DNA of 54,757 bases from Candidatus Planktophila sp. Lineage in GTDB: Bacteria; Actinomycetota; Actinomycetes; Nanopelagicales; Nanopelagicaceae. This document shows, in pieces, positions 1-11,195 of the stretch. A program made the position numbers and the translations under genes. Each line of letters opens with the position of its first letter. Position 1 is the stretch's first letter. Where the stretch lies: the NCBI GenBank assembly GCA_964201705.1, contig CAXNEU010000001.1, positions 1 to 54,757 on the forward strand. Reading direction: 5' to 3'. Under the pieces are notes generated by a model, which saw only the letters and a list, made by a program, of their open reading frames with translations, did no database searches and was not told the origin of the DNA.

Positions 1-378
1 CCTCGCCAGAAGTTAACTGAAAAATCGGTGGAAGTATTTCTTAAATTAGTTCCAAGTGTTTCCGAAGGAACCCAAGCAACTCATCGCTTCTTCGCAACCT
101 TCTTATCAGTCGTAGCGGGCATCGGCCTTCTAATTCTTCTTGCAGTAAACATTCTCTTGGCACAAGATGCTTTTACACTATCTGCGCTAAAGGCTGATGC
201 AAAAATTGTGGCAGATCAACGCGAAGCGATTAATCGCCAGATTGAAGCCGCATCTTCTCCTGAATCACTTGCAGCGACAGCGCAATCGCTTGGAATGCGC
301 CCTTCAAATTCTCCGGTATTTCTTAATTTAGATGAAGTGGCACAGGCGCTAGCAAATGGAGATATTAAACGTGGGTAA
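1..378 (+). CDS. ftsL: FtsL-like cell division protein (5'-truncated by window edge)
   Basis: Frame +1 is open from base 1. One TM helix (FLSVVAGIGLLILLAVNILL), then a coiled coil and an 'SSPESLAATAQSLGM' motif. Lies directly before ftsI. Confidence 0.75.
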   Translation, partial: PRQKLTEKSVEVFLKLVPSVSEGTQATHRFFATFLSVVAGIGLLILLAVNILLAQDAFTLSALKADAKIVADQREAINRQIEAASSPESLAATAQSLGMRPSNSPVFLNLDEVAQALANGDIKRG

Positions 379-2197
379 TTTAAATCTTGCCGCCTCGCGG
401 ATTCGCATACTCACAGTCATTATCTTTATCTTCTTCCTTTTGTTCGCCGCTCGACTAATTCAAATTCAGGCGATACAAGCCAGTGACTATCGCAGCAAGG
501 CCGCAAACGAGATGGAGTCAACTCGCGCAATCCCAGCGCCGCGTGGTGAAATCACCGATATCAATGGAATCGCATTTGCGCGAAGCGTATCTGCTATAAA
601 TATTGTGGTCGATCAAACTGTAATTACCGATTCAGCTCAGGCGGCTAACTTTGCCGCTCCATATCTTGGAATGACAGTGGCTCAAGTTCAAAGTGCAATC
701 ACAGGAAGTAAGCGTTATTCGATAGTTGCCAAGAACGCAAAGCCAGCAATTTGGCGTGATCTAAGCGGGGCAATTGAATCTTTTAACGAATCTTTGAGTA
801 AAGAGAATTTTGGTAAGCGAATTGTTGGCTTCCGTGCTGAGAGAAATTACATCCGCGAATATCCTTCTGGCTCACTTGTTTCATCACTTGTTGGATTTGT
901 GCGTCAAGATGGCATCGGCGCAACTGGAATTGAATTCAGTATGAACTCCAAAATCACTGGTACTGATGGAAGATATTCATATGCTCGTGGACTTGGCGCT
1001 GAAATTCCAGGATCTCAAAACGAGATAATTGGGGCTAAAAAGGGCACCACGGTTCGGCTGACGATCGATCGCGATGTGCAATGGGTCGCTGCAAAAGCTA
1101 TTCAAGAGGCGGTAAGTAAAGCCCGTGCCCAAAGTGGCACTGTAATCGTTATGGATCCCAAAACGGGACAGATTTTGGCGCACGCAACAGCACCAACTTT
1201 TGACCCTAATAACACTAAGAAAGTCTCAGCAGCTCTGATGCGCAATCCATCAGTGCAAGATGTTTACGAGCCTGGCTCGACTGGAAAAGTTATGACGTTG
1301 GCTGCAGCACTTGAAGAGAAGAAGATAACTCCAGAAACAGTCTTGAAAGTTCCGTATTCACTCAAGCGCGCTGGTGAGACTTTTTCCGATCATGATCGCC
1401 ATCCAGTTCAGTATTTAACTACTTCTGGAATCTTGGCAGTCTCATCAAATACTGGAACGATAAAAATTGGTGAGATGCTGTCTAACAATACTTTGTATGG
1501 CTACTTATCTAAATTTGGTATTGGAAAATCAACCGGCTCGGGTCTGCCGGGTGAATCTGCGGGTATTTCTCGCCCAGTAAGCGATTGGTCCGGGACCACT
1601 GCGCCAACCGTGGCATTTGGTCAGGGATATGCACTTACGGCGATGCAAGCAACAAGTATCTTTGCAACGATCGCTAACAACGGTGTTCGCGTTTCCCCGA
1701 CAGTTATCGCCGGAACAACAGATGCATCAGGAAAATACACCGCCTCCATTCCTCGCACCAATGAACGAGTAATCAGCGCAGAAACTGCCAAGCAATTACG
1801 GATCATGATGGAGTCAGTTGTTTCGGGGCAAGGTACCGCGCCAAGTGCAGCAATACCGGGTTATCGCGTGGCTGGTAAAACCGGTACTGCAAATCGTTAC
1901 AACACAGATTGTGGCTGCTACAGCGGATACACAGCATCATTTATCGGTTTTGCACCAGCAGATAATCCAAAATATGTAATCAACGTAACGATTCAAGATC
2001 CGAAAGGAGCACACTTCGGCGGTTCACTTGCCGGCCCCGTCTTTAAAAAGGTGATGACATTTGTTCTTCAATCCGAACACGTCGCGCCAACAGGAACAAA
2101 AGTTTTGCCTGTCGCACTTACACAAAAGGAATTACTCAAGAAACAAAGCCAATCATCTGAGGCGAAGATTTCACAAGCGAGTGTAAAGAAGAGATAA
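371..2197 (+). CDS. ftsI: Septal transpeptidase FtsI (class B PBP)
   Basis: N-terminal TM, RGEITD dimerisation-domain motif, SxxK (STGK), SxN (SSN) and KTG motifs. GTG at 371 follows GGAG; the ORF track start at 356 is also possible. Confidence 0.95.
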   Translation: MGNLNLAASRIRILTVIIFIFFLLFAARLIQIQAIQASDYRSKAANEMESTRAIPAPRGEITDINGIAFARSVSAINIVVDQTVITDSAQAANFAAPYLGMTVAQVQSAITGSKRYSIVAKNAKPAIWRDLSGAIESFNESLSKENFGKRIVGFRAERNYIREYPSGSLVSSLVGFVRQDGIGATGIEFSMNSKITGTDGRYSYARGLGAEIPGSQNEIIGAKKGTTVRLTIDRDVQWVAAKAIQEAVSKARAQSGTVIVMDPKTGQILAHATAPTFDPNNTKKVSAALMRNPSVQDVYEPGSTGKVMTLAAALEEKKITPETVLKVPYSLKRAGETFSDHDRHPVQYLTTSGILAVSSNTGTIKIGEMLSNNTLYGYLSKFGIGKSTGSGLPGESAGISRPVSDWSGTTAPTVAFGQGYALTAMQATSIFATIANNGVRVSPTVIAGTTDASGKYTASIPRTNERVISAETAKQLRIMMESVVSGQGTAPSAAIPGYRVAGKTGTANRYNTDCGCYSGYTASFIGFAPADNPKYVINVTIQDPKGAHFGGSLAGPVFKKVMTFVLQSEHVAPTGTKVLPVALTQKELLKKQSQSSEAKISQASVKKR

Positions 2198-3690
2198 TGC
2201 GACCATTTAATGCTCCTGCGCTTACGCTCGCCAAAATTGCAGAATCTTGTAACGCCGAGAGCTCAACAGGTGCAGATCTTCTAGCAGAAATCGTAATTAG
2301 TGGAGCCACGCACAGTGACAGCGAAGTAATGCCCGGGGATTTGTTTGTGGCAATTCCTGGAGCCAAACGTCACGGCGCTGAATTTGCTGAGAGTGCAAAG
2401 AAACGTGGTGCGGTTGCGGTGTTGACCGATGCATCAGGTGCAAAACTCATTAAAGACCTTCCGGTTCTTGTAGTACATAACCCCCGACTAGTCGCCGGGC
2501 GAGTTTCTGCACTTCTATATAGCGAGCCTATGCGTGATTTACATTGCATCGCCATCACCGGAACAAACGGGAAAACGACTGTAACTACTTTGCTGCACCA
2601 GATTTTTAGCGCTGCCCATCGCGAATGTGGTTTGGTTGGGACTGTTGAAACACGAATTGGTAACGAAGTTATTGCCAGTAAGCGCACAACGCCTGAGGCT
2701 ACCGATTTACAAGCACTGGCAGCGGTGATGAGAGAGCGCCACATGCGCCATTTAGTTATTGAAGCCTCAAGTCACGCGCTGCAGTTGAACCGACTAGAAG
2801 GCGCTCATTTTGCCATAGCTGGTTTCACAAATTTAACGCAAGATCATTTAGATTTTCACGGAAGTATGGAGAGCTACTTCGCAGCAAAGGCTGCGCTATT
2901 TAACTTTGCACTGGCAGAGTTGGCCTGCATCAATATCGATGATCCGTACGGTGCAAGGCTTGCAGCAAGCACCGAACTCCCAGTTTTATCTATCTCCCGT
3001 TCTAATCCGAAGGCAATTTGGCACTACGCACAGATTGATTCGCAGGCCAAACGCGTTCAGTTGAAGATTCGTGGCTCGGGCGGGATTTTGATAGAGACCG
3101 CAACGACTTTGCGGGGCGGATATAACTTCGATAACTTATTGATGGCAATAGCTATTGCAGTTGAATCCGGAGTTGATCCAATTGATATCGCGGCGATAGT
3201 TCCGAAGATTTCAGGAGCAGCAGGAAGACTAGAAGAAGTTTCGGTGGGACAAAATTTCAACGCCTATGTCGACTATGCGCATACTCCTGATGCAGTTTCA
3301 AATGTACTCAAATCCATCCGCGAATTTACTTCTGGAAAAGTGATAGCTGTTCTAGGTTGCGGGGGAGACCGTGACGCAAGTAAGCGACCATTGATGGGTA
3401 AGGCGCTAATTGAAAGCGCCGATATCGCAATTTTCACAAGCGATAACCCACGATCAGAGGATCCATCAGAAATCTTGCGTGAGATGGTTGTCGGATTAAC
3501 TCTTTCTGATCCATCACAAACAATAAGTGATCGCGCTAGTGCAATTGCCCACGCTGTTTCTATTGCAGAACCTGGCGATACCGTAGCAATTCTTGGAAAG
3601 GGTCATGAGTTAGGGCAAGAGATAAAAGGACAGTTATTTGAATTTGATGATCGCTTAGTTCTTGCGCAAGCAATTGAGGCAAAGCGATGA
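2197..3690 (+). CDS. murE: UDP-MurNAc-tripeptide synthetase MurE (DAP-adding)
   Basis: TGTNGKTT P-loop, NLTQDHLDFH, DYAHTPD, and the DNPR DAP-specificity motif. Confidence 0.97.
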   Translation: MRPFNAPALTLAKIAESCNAESSTGADLLAEIVISGATHSDSEVMPGDLFVAIPGAKRHGAEFAESAKKRGAVAVLTDASGAKLIKDLPVLVVHNPRLVAGRVSALLYSEPMRDLHCIAITGTNGKTTVTTLLHQIFSAAHRECGLVGTVETRIGNEVIASKRTTPEATDLQALAAVMRERHMRHLVIEASSHALQLNRLEGAHFAIAGFTNLTQDHLDFHGSMESYFAAKAALFNFALAELACINIDDPYGARLAASTELPVLSISRSNPKAIWHYAQIDSQAKRVQLKIRGSGGILIETATTLRGGYNFDNLLMAIAIAVESGVDPIDIAAIVPKISGAAGRLEEVSVGQNFNAYVDYAHTPDAVSNVLKSIREFTSGKVIAVLGCGGDRDASKRPLMGKALIESADIAIFTSDNPRSEDPSEILREMVVGLTLSDPSQTISDRASAIAHAVSIAEPGDTVAILGKGHELGQEIKGQLFEFDDRLVLAQAIEAKR

Positions 3691-5093
3691 TCGCGCTAAA
3701 GGCTTCCGAGATCGCTCAGATTGTTGGAGGCGAACTTAAAGGTTCTGATGTGACTGTAACCGCGGCACCGATTTTCGATTCAAGCCAAGCGACCCTAGGA
3801 TCTATTTTCTTAGCGCTAAAAGGCGAAAAAGCTGATGGACACAATTTTGTATCTGATGCATTTTCCCGAGGGGCTGTACTCGCTTTTGTCACCACTGCCT
3901 CGCCAGAACGGTGCATTGTTGTACCGGATGTACTTAAGGCACTTAACAAACTAGCAGCGCACGTCCGAAATCACTTGAAGGACTTGCAAGTAGTTGCTTT
4001 GACTGGATCCCAAGGTAAAACTACGACTAAAGATTTATTGCAGCACATACTCGAAAATCTTGGTAATACCGTTGCACCAACAGGAAATTTCAATAATGAA
4101 CTAGGAACACCAATCACTTTATTGCAATGTGATGAAGAGACGAAATTCTGTATCTTAGAAATGGGTGCGCGCCATATTGGCGATATCGCCCTACTTTGTG
4201 AAATGGCTAAACCAAATATCGGTATGGTCTTGCGCGTCGGCAGTGCGCATATTGGAGAGTTCGGATCCGCTGAAGCAGTTGCCCAGGCTAAGTCCGAGAT
4301 GATTTCAGCTCTTGCTCCTGACGCGATTGCAATTCTTGGACAGTACGATGCCTTTACTCCGAAGATGAGTTCTATCCACAAAGGAAAGATAATTTCCTTT
4401 GGTGAAACGACTTCAGCCGATGTTCGCGCAACCGATATTGAAATCCGTGAAGGACGCCCACATTTTGATTTAGTAACCACAGCTGGTCGCGCCGCCGTTG
4501 GATTACGCGTCGTAGGCATTCATCAAGTAGCAAATGCCCTCGCCGCTGCCGCTGCGGCATCCGCTCTCGGTGCATCTATCGATCAGATTGCTGTATCTCT
4601 CTCCACAGCTGATATCCGCAGCAAATGGCGGATGGAGATTCAAGAGCTTCGCAATATCGTGTTGATAAATGATTCCTATAACTCCAGCCCAGAATCTGTC
4701 GAAGCGGCGCTACGTACTTTGGTGCTCTTCGCGCAAGAACGTGGCGGTCAATCGTGGGCATTTCTAGGAAAGATGCATGAACTCGGCGAGTCCTCAGTAG
4801 GTCGCCACGCAGATATTGGCACCCTTGCTTCAGAGTTAGGGATAGATCATTTGGTCTGCATTGGCGCTCCGGAGTACTCCTCCCAGATTTCTGCCAACAC
4901 TGCGACTGGAATCCATCTCTTCAAAGAGAAGGCAGACGCTGTGCAATTGGTGCACGAGATGAGTGCGGGAGATGTGGTTCTGGTTAAAGCCTCGCGTGCC
5001 GAAAAGTTCGAAGAGTTGGCGAAAGCAATTTCGGCAAAAATTTCAGAAGTCATTCCAGCAGGTTTAGAAAACAGCGAAGAAGGGGAGCGCTAA
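3687..5093 (+). CDS. murF: D-Ala-D-Ala adding ligase MurF
   Basis: TGSQGKTTTK, NFNNELG, LEMGA, NDSYNSSP and LVKASR motifs. Confidence 0.97.
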   Translation: MIALKASEIAQIVGGELKGSDVTVTAAPIFDSSQATLGSIFLALKGEKADGHNFVSDAFSRGAVLAFVTTASPERCIVVPDVLKALNKLAAHVRNHLKDLQVVALTGSQGKTTTKDLLQHILENLGNTVAPTGNFNNELGTPITLLQCDEETKFCILEMGARHIGDIALLCEMAKPNIGMVLRVGSAHIGEFGSAEAVAQAKSEMISALAPDAIAILGQYDAFTPKMSSIHKGKIISFGETTSADVRATDIEIREGRPHFDLVTTAGRAAVGLRVVGIHQVANALAAAAAASALGASIDQIAVSLSTADIRSKWRMEIQELRNIVLINDSYNSSPESVEAALRTLVLFAQERGGQSWAFLGKMHELGESSVGRHADIGTLASELGIDHLVCIGAPEYSSQISANTATGIHLFKEKADAVQLVHEMSAGDVVLVKASRAEKFEELAKAISAKISEVIPAGLENSEEGER

Positions 5094-5099
5094 AGCAAA

Positions 5100-6158
5100 A
5101 TGAGAGAAATTCTAATCTCTGGTGCACTTGCACTATTCATCTCTCTCTTCGGTACTCCCATCTTGATTAGATTCCTTGCTCGACGTGGTTACGGACAAAT
5201 AATTCGCGACGATGGTCCTTCATCTCATCACACCAAACGCGGCACCCCAACAATGGGTGGGCTAATCATTATCTTTGCTGCAGCATCTGGTTACTTCGTC
5301 GCACACGCTATTTCTCAGAATGCAGTAAGTACTTCAGCGCTTCTAGTCCTGGGATTAATGGCCGCGCTTGGCTTCGTTGGATTCCTTGATGACTGGTTAA
5401 AGGTGTCACGCCAAAAATCACTAGGTTTAAATGCAAAACAGAAGATTTTGGGGCAAGTCTTGTTTGCCGCAATTTTCGCTTATCTCGGAATCCGTTTCCC
5501 AGATGGTGATGGCTTAACTCCTATATCTTTAAATCTCTCGACTGTTCGCGATACATCTCTCGTGCTCGGCGCAACACTTGTAATCATCTGGGTAGTTCTG
5601 ATGGTGACTGCAACAAGTAATGGTGTAAATCTCACTGATGGTTTAGATGGACTGGCAACCGGTGCGGCAGTTATGACATTTATCGCCTACATCCTGATAG
5701 GTGTTTGGCAGTTTGGACAAAGTTGTGCGATCGCTCCAGGAGGTAACTGTTATTTAGTGCGCGATCCACTTGACCTTGCCGTCTTATCTGCAGCCTTAGC
5801 CGGCGCATGTGCAGGATTCCTTTGGTGGAATGCTTCGCCTGCCAAAATTTTTATGGGAGATACCGGATCACTAGCTCTTGGCGGGGCACTTGCCGGCATC
5901 GCAACATCGCTACGTATCGAACTTTTGCTCATTCCTCTAGGTGGACTTTTTGTAATCATTAGCGCATCAGTAATTTTGCAGGTCGCTTACTTTAAAATAA
6001 CGGGCGGAAAACGCATTTTCAAAATGGCTCCACTTCAGCATCACTTTGAACTTATGGGTTGGGGCGAAGTAACTATCGTTTTGCGCTTCTGGATCATTGC
6101 AGGCCTGTGCGTAGCGCTCGGACTTGGTCTCTTTTATGCTCAATGGGTTACACAGTAG
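5100..6158 (+). CDS. mraY: Phospho-MurNAc-pentapeptide transferase MraY
   Basis: [30 protein letters not shown] and MAPLQHHFE motifs; polytopic membrane protein. Confidence 0.98.
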   Translation: MREILISGALALFISLFGTPILIRFLARRGYGQIIRDDGPSSHHTKRGTPTMGGLIIIFAAASGYFVAHAISQNAVSTSALLVLGLMAALGFVGFLDDWLKVSRQKSLGLNAKQKILGQVLFAAIFAYLGIRFPDGDGLTPISLNLSTVRDTSLVLGATLVIIWVVLMVTATSNGVNLTDGLDGLATGAAVMTFIAYILIGVWQFGQSCAIAPGGNCYLVRDPLDLAVLSAALAGACAGFLWWNASPAKIFMGDTGSLALGGALAGIATSLRIELLLIPLGGLFVIISASVILQVAYFKITGGKRIFKMAPLQHHFELMGWGEVTIVLRFWIIAGLCVALGLGLFYAQWVTQ

Positions 6159-6170
6159 CCAAGGCACATC

Positions 6171-7556
6171 ATGGCTATTACTTTTTCAGAAAAGAATGTT
6201 CTAATCCTCGGAGCAGGAGTAACTGGTTTAGCAGTTGCTCGCTCACTGGCTAAAAGGGGAGCGAACGTTTCGTTTGCTGATGATGTAGTCACTGAGGCTG
6301 CAGGTTTCAGCGTTTCACCGGCCGATCAATTTAGCGCTTCTGATTTTGATGCTCTTGTTATTTCTCCTGGTTGGAAGTCAGATCACACGTTGATATCTGA
6401 AGCAGAAAAATCAGGTGTTCAATTGTGGAACGAGGTAGATCTGGCGTGGAAATTACGCGCTGAACTGGTACCAAATCAAAGGTGGATCGCACTCACCGGA
6501 ACTAACGGAAAGACAACTACCGTTGAGATGGCGGCAGCAATGCTGCGCGAAGGTGGTGTATCAGCAGTTGCCTGCGGCAACGTTGGCACAACGGTAATCG
6601 AAAGTGTTGAAAGCCCTGAAAAATATGAGGTACTGGTTTTAGAACTTTCATCATTCCAACTTCACTGGATTCGTGAAGCAACATTTGTGGCGGCGTCGAT
6701 ATTAAATATCGCCCAAGATCATCTTGACTGGCATGGTGGCTTTGACGATTATGCCAAAGCAAAGATGGCGATCTTAGATCGCGCCAGCATCGGCATATTT
6801 AATGGCGATGATCCAGAAGTGGTTTCCAGGGCTGCTCATTGGAAGGGGCGGAAAGTGTTCTTCTCGCTAGACACACCTAGCCCCGGTGAGATCGGCGTTG
6901 TCGAAGAACTATTGGTCGATCGCGCTTTCGTTAGCAATCCACAAGAAGCGGCGATGATTGCAGAAGTTGTTGACGTTATCCCCACCGTTCCTCATAACGT
7001 CGCTAATGCACTGGCAGCGGCCGGATTAGCACGCGCAATCGGTATTTCACACCAGTCGATCCGACTGGCTCTGCAGAATTTCAAACTTGGGCGTCATCGG
7101 ATTGAAATGGTCTATGCAAATAATGAAATCAATTGGATTAACGATTCCAAAGCCACTAATCCTCATGCCGCTGCCGCTTCGCTAATGTCGACGCTGTCGG
7201 CGATTTGGATTGCCGGTGGTTTGGCAAAGGGCGCTGAAATGGCTGATCTAATCAAGCGCTGCAAATCTCGTATAAAAGTTGCAATCTTAATTGGCGCTGA
7301 TCGTGAGTTGATTGCTACTGAACTACGCGAGAGCGCTCCAAATGTAGAAATTGTTTATGTGGATGCTCCAAATTCTTACATAAAGGGCGGGACTGATAAT
7401 TCTCTGATGGAAGCTGTTATTGGTGCGGCCAAAGCACGTGCGGTCGCAGGAGACACGGTATTGCTAGCACCGGCTTGTGCATCAATGGATCAATTCCTTT
7501 CGTATGCCGATCGCGGCGATCGATTCACTCAGGCAGTAATAAAGGAGAATCCATGA
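6171..7556 (+). CDS. murD: UDP-MurNAc-L-Ala:D-Glu ligase MurD
   Basis: TGTNGKTTT, ELSSFQL, DHLDWH, NDSKATN and LLAPACASMDQF motifs. Confidence 0.97.
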   Translation: MAITFSEKNVLILGAGVTGLAVARSLAKRGANVSFADDVVTEAAGFSVSPADQFSASDFDALVISPGWKSDHTLISEAEKSGVQLWNEVDLAWKLRAELVPNQRWIALTGTNGKTTTVEMAAAMLREGGVSAVACGNVGTTVIESVESPEKYEVLVLELSSFQLHWIREATFVAASILNIAQDHLDWHGGFDDYAKAKMAILDRASIGIFNGDDPEVVSRAAHWKGRKVFFSLDTPSPGEIGVVEELLVDRAFVSNPQEAAMIAEVVDVIPTVPHNVANALAAAGLARAIGISHQSIRLALQNFKLGRHRIEMVYANNEINWINDSKATNPHAAAASLMSTLSAIWIAGGLAKGAEMADLIKRCKSRIKVAILIGADRELIATELRESAPNVEIVYVDAPNSYIKGGTDNSLMEAVIGAAKARAVAGDTVLLAPACASMDQFLSYADRGDRFTQAVIKENP

Positions 7557-8731
7557 GTACTACAGGCCAGAAGTTCCTAACAAAACCGGTAAACAATTTC
7601 TATATCTTGGCTATCAGCGCTCTTTCGCTATCTGTTATTGGGCTGATCATGGTCTTCTCTGCCTCATCAATTCACGCACTCGATACTCGGGGTAATGCAG
7701 TTGCAATCGTTCTTCGCCAATTAACCTTCTTCGTAATCTCAATTCCTTTAGCGATTTATCTCTCACAACGTAGTTTGACCCAGTGGCGCTTACTTGCCCG
7801 CTTTGGTCTACTTATTTCAGCAGTAATTCTCTCGATTCTTCAGATTCCAGGAGTAGGAAAGACAGTAAACGGAAACACTAATTGGATCGCACTTCCCTTC
7901 GTAGATATCCAACCGAGTGAGTTGGCAAAGTTTCTTCTAATACTTTGGGCAAGTTACATGTTGGCCAACAAAGAACGCAGCGGAAAATCTCGCGTAAATG
8001 TATTTCTGTTGATCGGCCCGGGCTTTGGAATCGTAATGTTATTGGTCTTGCTCGGTCGTGACCTCGGTACTGCTTGCGTTATTGCAGCCATTCTCGGTGG
8101 TTTACTTTTCGTCTCAGGAATTGAATTACGGGTTCTAGGCTCATTGTTAGCCGTCGGAGCAATCGCCCTTGCAGTTCTGATTGCTACCGCGACATATCGC
8201 CTGCAACGCTTCTTAGTTGTGCTTGATCCATTTGCGGTTGAAGATTACAAAAATGCAGGCTGGCAACCCGCCCACAGTTTGTTAGGGCTAGCTAGTGGTG
8301 GAATATTTGGAGTAGGCCTGGGCGGCAGTCGACAAAAGTGGGGCAATCTTGCCGAAGCTCACACTGACTTTATTTTCGCAGTAATTGGTGAAGAGTTAGG
8401 GTTATTAGGAACGTTAGCAATTCTGGCTTTGCTGGCGGCGCTCATTTTTTCTATCTTTAAAATTTCGCTGCGCTGCACCGATCCGATGTCACGTTATGTG
8501 GGTGCGGGAATTGGAAGTTGGATCGCAATTCAAACCATTCTTAACGTTGGTTCTGCTACTAGCGTTTTGCCGGTTGTGGGAGTAACACTTCCCTTTGTTT
8601 CCTACGGTGGATCAGCTTTAATCTCGCTCTATATCGGCCTCGGATACGTGTTCGGCAGCGCTTTACGCGACCCGGAAGTAAAAGTTGAATTACAAAAGGC
8701 TATTGAACGGCGTAGATTACGCACATCATGA
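7553..8731 (+). CDS. ftsW: SEDS glycosyltransferase FtsW
   Basis: QPSELAK, AHTDFIFAVIGEELG and LPFVSYGGS motifs. Start placed at ATG 7553 behind AAGGAG, overlapping the murD stop (ATGA). Confidence 0.96.
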   Translation: MSTTGQKFLTKPVNNFYILAISALSLSVIGLIMVFSASSIHALDTRGNAVAIVLRQLTFFVISIPLAIYLSQRSLTQWRLLARFGLLISAVILSILQIPGVGKTVNGNTNWIALPFVDIQPSELAKFLLILWASYMLANKERSGKSRVNVFLLIGPGFGIVMLLVLLGRDLGTACVIAAILGGLLFVSGIELRVLGSLLAVGAIALAVLIATATYRLQRFLVVLDPFAVEDYKNAGWQPAHSLLGLASGGIFGVGLGGSRQKWGNLAEAHTDFIFAVIGEELGLLGTLAILALLAALIFSIFKISLRCTDPMSRYVGAGIGSWIAIQTILNVGSATSVLPVVGVTLPFVSYGGSALISLYIGLGYVFGSALRDPEVKVELQKAIERRRLRTS

Positions 8732-9810
8732 AAATCATTTTTGCAGGCGGTGGTACAGCAGGACATGTTGAACCCGCCCTTGCAGTCGCTCGAATCTGGC
8801 GCGAGAGATATCCGAGAGATTTAATAGAATTTATCGGCACATCCAAGGGGCTTGAGAATCAATTAGTTCCAGCAGCTAACTTCAAATTAAACCAAATTCC
8901 CAAAGTTGTTATGCCACGAAAGATTTCGCCGTCAGTAATTGGTGCGCCATTTGCATTTGCTAAGGCGCTAACCGCATCACGCCAGATCATTAAAGGTTCA
9001 GATCTATTGATTGGATTCGGCGGATATGTATCCGCACCTGCCTACCTTGCAGCGAAGTCACTCAAAATTCCGTTTGTGGTGCACGAGGCAAATGCCAAAC
9101 CGGGTTTTGCCAACCGTTTAGGTGCGCACTTAACCCCCAACGTGGCAGTAGCTCAAGCGGTAGAAAGTGGCGCGCTAAGCATTGCTCTGATTACAGGAAT
9201 CCCACTCCGTTCTGATGTAGCAAAAGCGTTTGCCATTAGCGCAGCAGATTGGGCAAAAGCTCGCGCAAATGCAAAAGTGAGCCTTGGGTTTTCTCCGACA
9301 GAGCCGTTGGTTCTAGCATTTTTTGGTTCGCAGGGATCGGTTGCCCTGAATGCGGTTATCGAAAAGACTTTGCCTTCATTGCTCTCTAATGGCGGACAGC
9401 TTTTACACGCGGTGGGCAAGTTAAATCCACTTCCAAAGTCTCAGGAGCGATATAAATCGACTGCCTATATTGAAGATATGGCAACTGCTTATCTAGCTGC
9501 GGATTTAATTATCAGCCGAAGTGGCGCAATTTCTTGCTCCGAAATAAATGCACTGGGGCGGTATGCACTTTTCATTCCACTTCCGATCGGAAATGGTGAA
9601 CAACGCTTTAATGCTAACCAAGTGATCGCACAAGGACGTGGTGAAGTAATTGACCAAGAAATATTTTCTCCATCTTGGATAGCAAGCAACTTAAACCGCC
9701 TCTTTGCTAAATCTGCGGATTCACCGCTAGCTGGTTCAGATTCGGATCTAACTGCGAGTGAGAAGATCGTTAACTTTATGGAATATGCCTTAGCAAGAAA
9801 GCGCGATTGA
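8728..9810 (+). CDS. murG: Lipid II GlcNAc transferase MurG
   Basis: GGGTAGH, GFGGYVS, HEAN and EQRFNA motifs. Confidence 0.96.
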   Translation: MKIIFAGGGTAGHVEPALAVARIWRERYPRDLIEFIGTSKGLENQLVPAANFKLNQIPKVVMPRKISPSVIGAPFAFAKALTASRQIIKGSDLLIGFGGYVSAPAYLAAKSLKIPFVVHEANAKPGFANRLGAHLTPNVAVAQAVESGALSIALITGIPLRSDVAKAFAISAADWAKARANAKVSLGFSPTEPLVLAFFGSQGSVALNAVIEKTLPSLLSNGGQLLHAVGKLNPLPKSQERYKSTAYIEDMATAYLAADLIISRSGAISCSEINALGRYALFIPLPIGNGEQRFNANQVIAQGRGEVIDQEIFSPSWIASNLNRLFAKSADSPLAGSDSDLTASEKIVNFMEYALARKRD

Positions 9811-11195
9811 TGGCTAACGAATTAAGTAAGTGGAAAGGCAAGCGCCTTCATTTCGTGGGTATCGGCGGGGCTGGAATGAGTGGACTTGCGCGAATTGCAC
9901 TCTCCCACGGGATCGCAGTGTCAGGCTCTGATGCGAAGGACTCGACAGTATTGAGCGCACTGGGAGCACTTGGTGCAGAAGTTCACTCGGCACATCTTGG
10001 GCCGCAAGTAGATGGCGCAGATTTTGTCATTTACTCAACTGCGATTAGCCAGAGTAATGTCGAATTAGTCCGTGCCCGCGAATTAAATTTGCCAATCCTT
10101 ACCCGCGCGCAAGCACTTGCAACTCTGATGTCTGACTCTCGCAGTATCGCAGTAGCCGGTACTCACGGGAAGACGACTACATCATCGATGCTCACAGTCG
10201 CTTTTCAAGCTTGCGGATTTGATCCGTCATTTGCGATCGGTGGCACCTTAACTTCTTCGGGATCCAACGCTCATCGCGGTACTGGAGACCTCTTCGTCGC
10301 CGAGGCAGATGAATCTGATGGTTCATTTATTGAATATCGACCATTTGCTGCCATCGTCACCAACGTCGAACACGATCATGTTGATTACTTTGCTACCGAA
10401 GCAGATGTAACTCGGGCCTTTGCTGATTTTGCCGCGACGATAAGCAAAGATGGCCTTCTCGTTTATTGCGCAGATGATTTAGGTTCGGCGCACCTGGCTA
10501 GCTCAGTAAGTGGCTTAAACCTGATTTCATACGGAACAAGCGTGGGCGCAGATCTATTTATTGATTCCATTAACTTGCTACCAATGGGATCAACTTCGCG
10601 AGTTCTTTGGAAAGGTCGCGCCATTGGGACAATGTCATTGCAAGTACCTGGAGAACACAATGTTTTAAATGCGGGTGCAGCACTTGCTATGGGGCTGGCC
10701 CTTGGAGCACCTGCCGCTGAAATGCTAAATGGGCTAGCGAGTTTTCACGGCACGGGTAGACGTTTTGAATTGACAGCGACGGTTCACGGGATTCGAATAA
10801 TCGATGATTACGGTCATCACCCAACTGAAGTTCAAGTCACTTTAACTGCTGCCAAGCGATATGCCGGTGATGGACGTTTGCTAGTCATCTTCCAACCTCA
10901 TCGATATTCGCGGACGAAAGCATTTATGAGTGAATTTGCTAAAGCGCTAGGTGTGGCAGATGAAGTTGTTTTACTGGAAGTTTATGCCGCGAGTGAGACA
11001 CCAATACCTGGAATCACCTCTGAAACAATTGCTGAAGAGATGACAAATGGCCACTTCATCCCAAACTTCCTAGAAGCATCTGAATGGATGATTGCCCAAG
11101 CCAAACCAGGCGATGTAATAATCACGCTGGGCGCGGGAGATGTTAATTCATTAGCTCCAATTATTAGCGATGGCCTGGCGCGGCGATTTAGTTAA
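9810..11195 (+). CDS. murC: UDP-MurNAc:L-Ala ligase MurC
   Basis: GIGGAGMSG, GTHGKTTT, EADESDGSF, DDYGHHPTE and FQPHRYSRT motifs. Confidence 0.98.
   Translation: MANELSKWKGKRLHFVGIGGAGMSGLARIALSHGIAVSGSDAKDSTVLSALGALGAEVHSAHLGPQVDGADFVIYSTAISQSNVELVRARELNLPILTRAQALATLMSDSRSIAVAGTHGKTTTSSMLTVAFQACGFDPSFAIGGTLTSSGSNAHRGTGDLFVAEADESDGSFIEYRPFAAIVTNVEHDHVDYFATEADVTRAFADFAATISKDGLLVYCADDLGSAHLASSVSGLNLISYGTSVGADLFIDSINLLPMGSTSRVLWKGRAIGTMSLQVPGEHNVLNAGAALAMGLALGAPAAEMLNGLASFHGTGRRFELTATVHGIRIIDDYGHHPTEVQVTLTAAKRYAGDGRLLVIFQPHRYSRTKAFMSEFAKALGVADEVVLLEVYAASETPIPGITSETIAEEMTNGHFIPNFLEASEWMIAQAKPGDVIITLGAGDVNSLAPIISDGLARRFS

Noticed and set aside
9316-9342. MurG motif reads FFGSQGS instead of GGSQGA
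   Set aside because: A single-motif drift; all other MurG motifs and the length are intact, so there is no sign of pseudogenisation.
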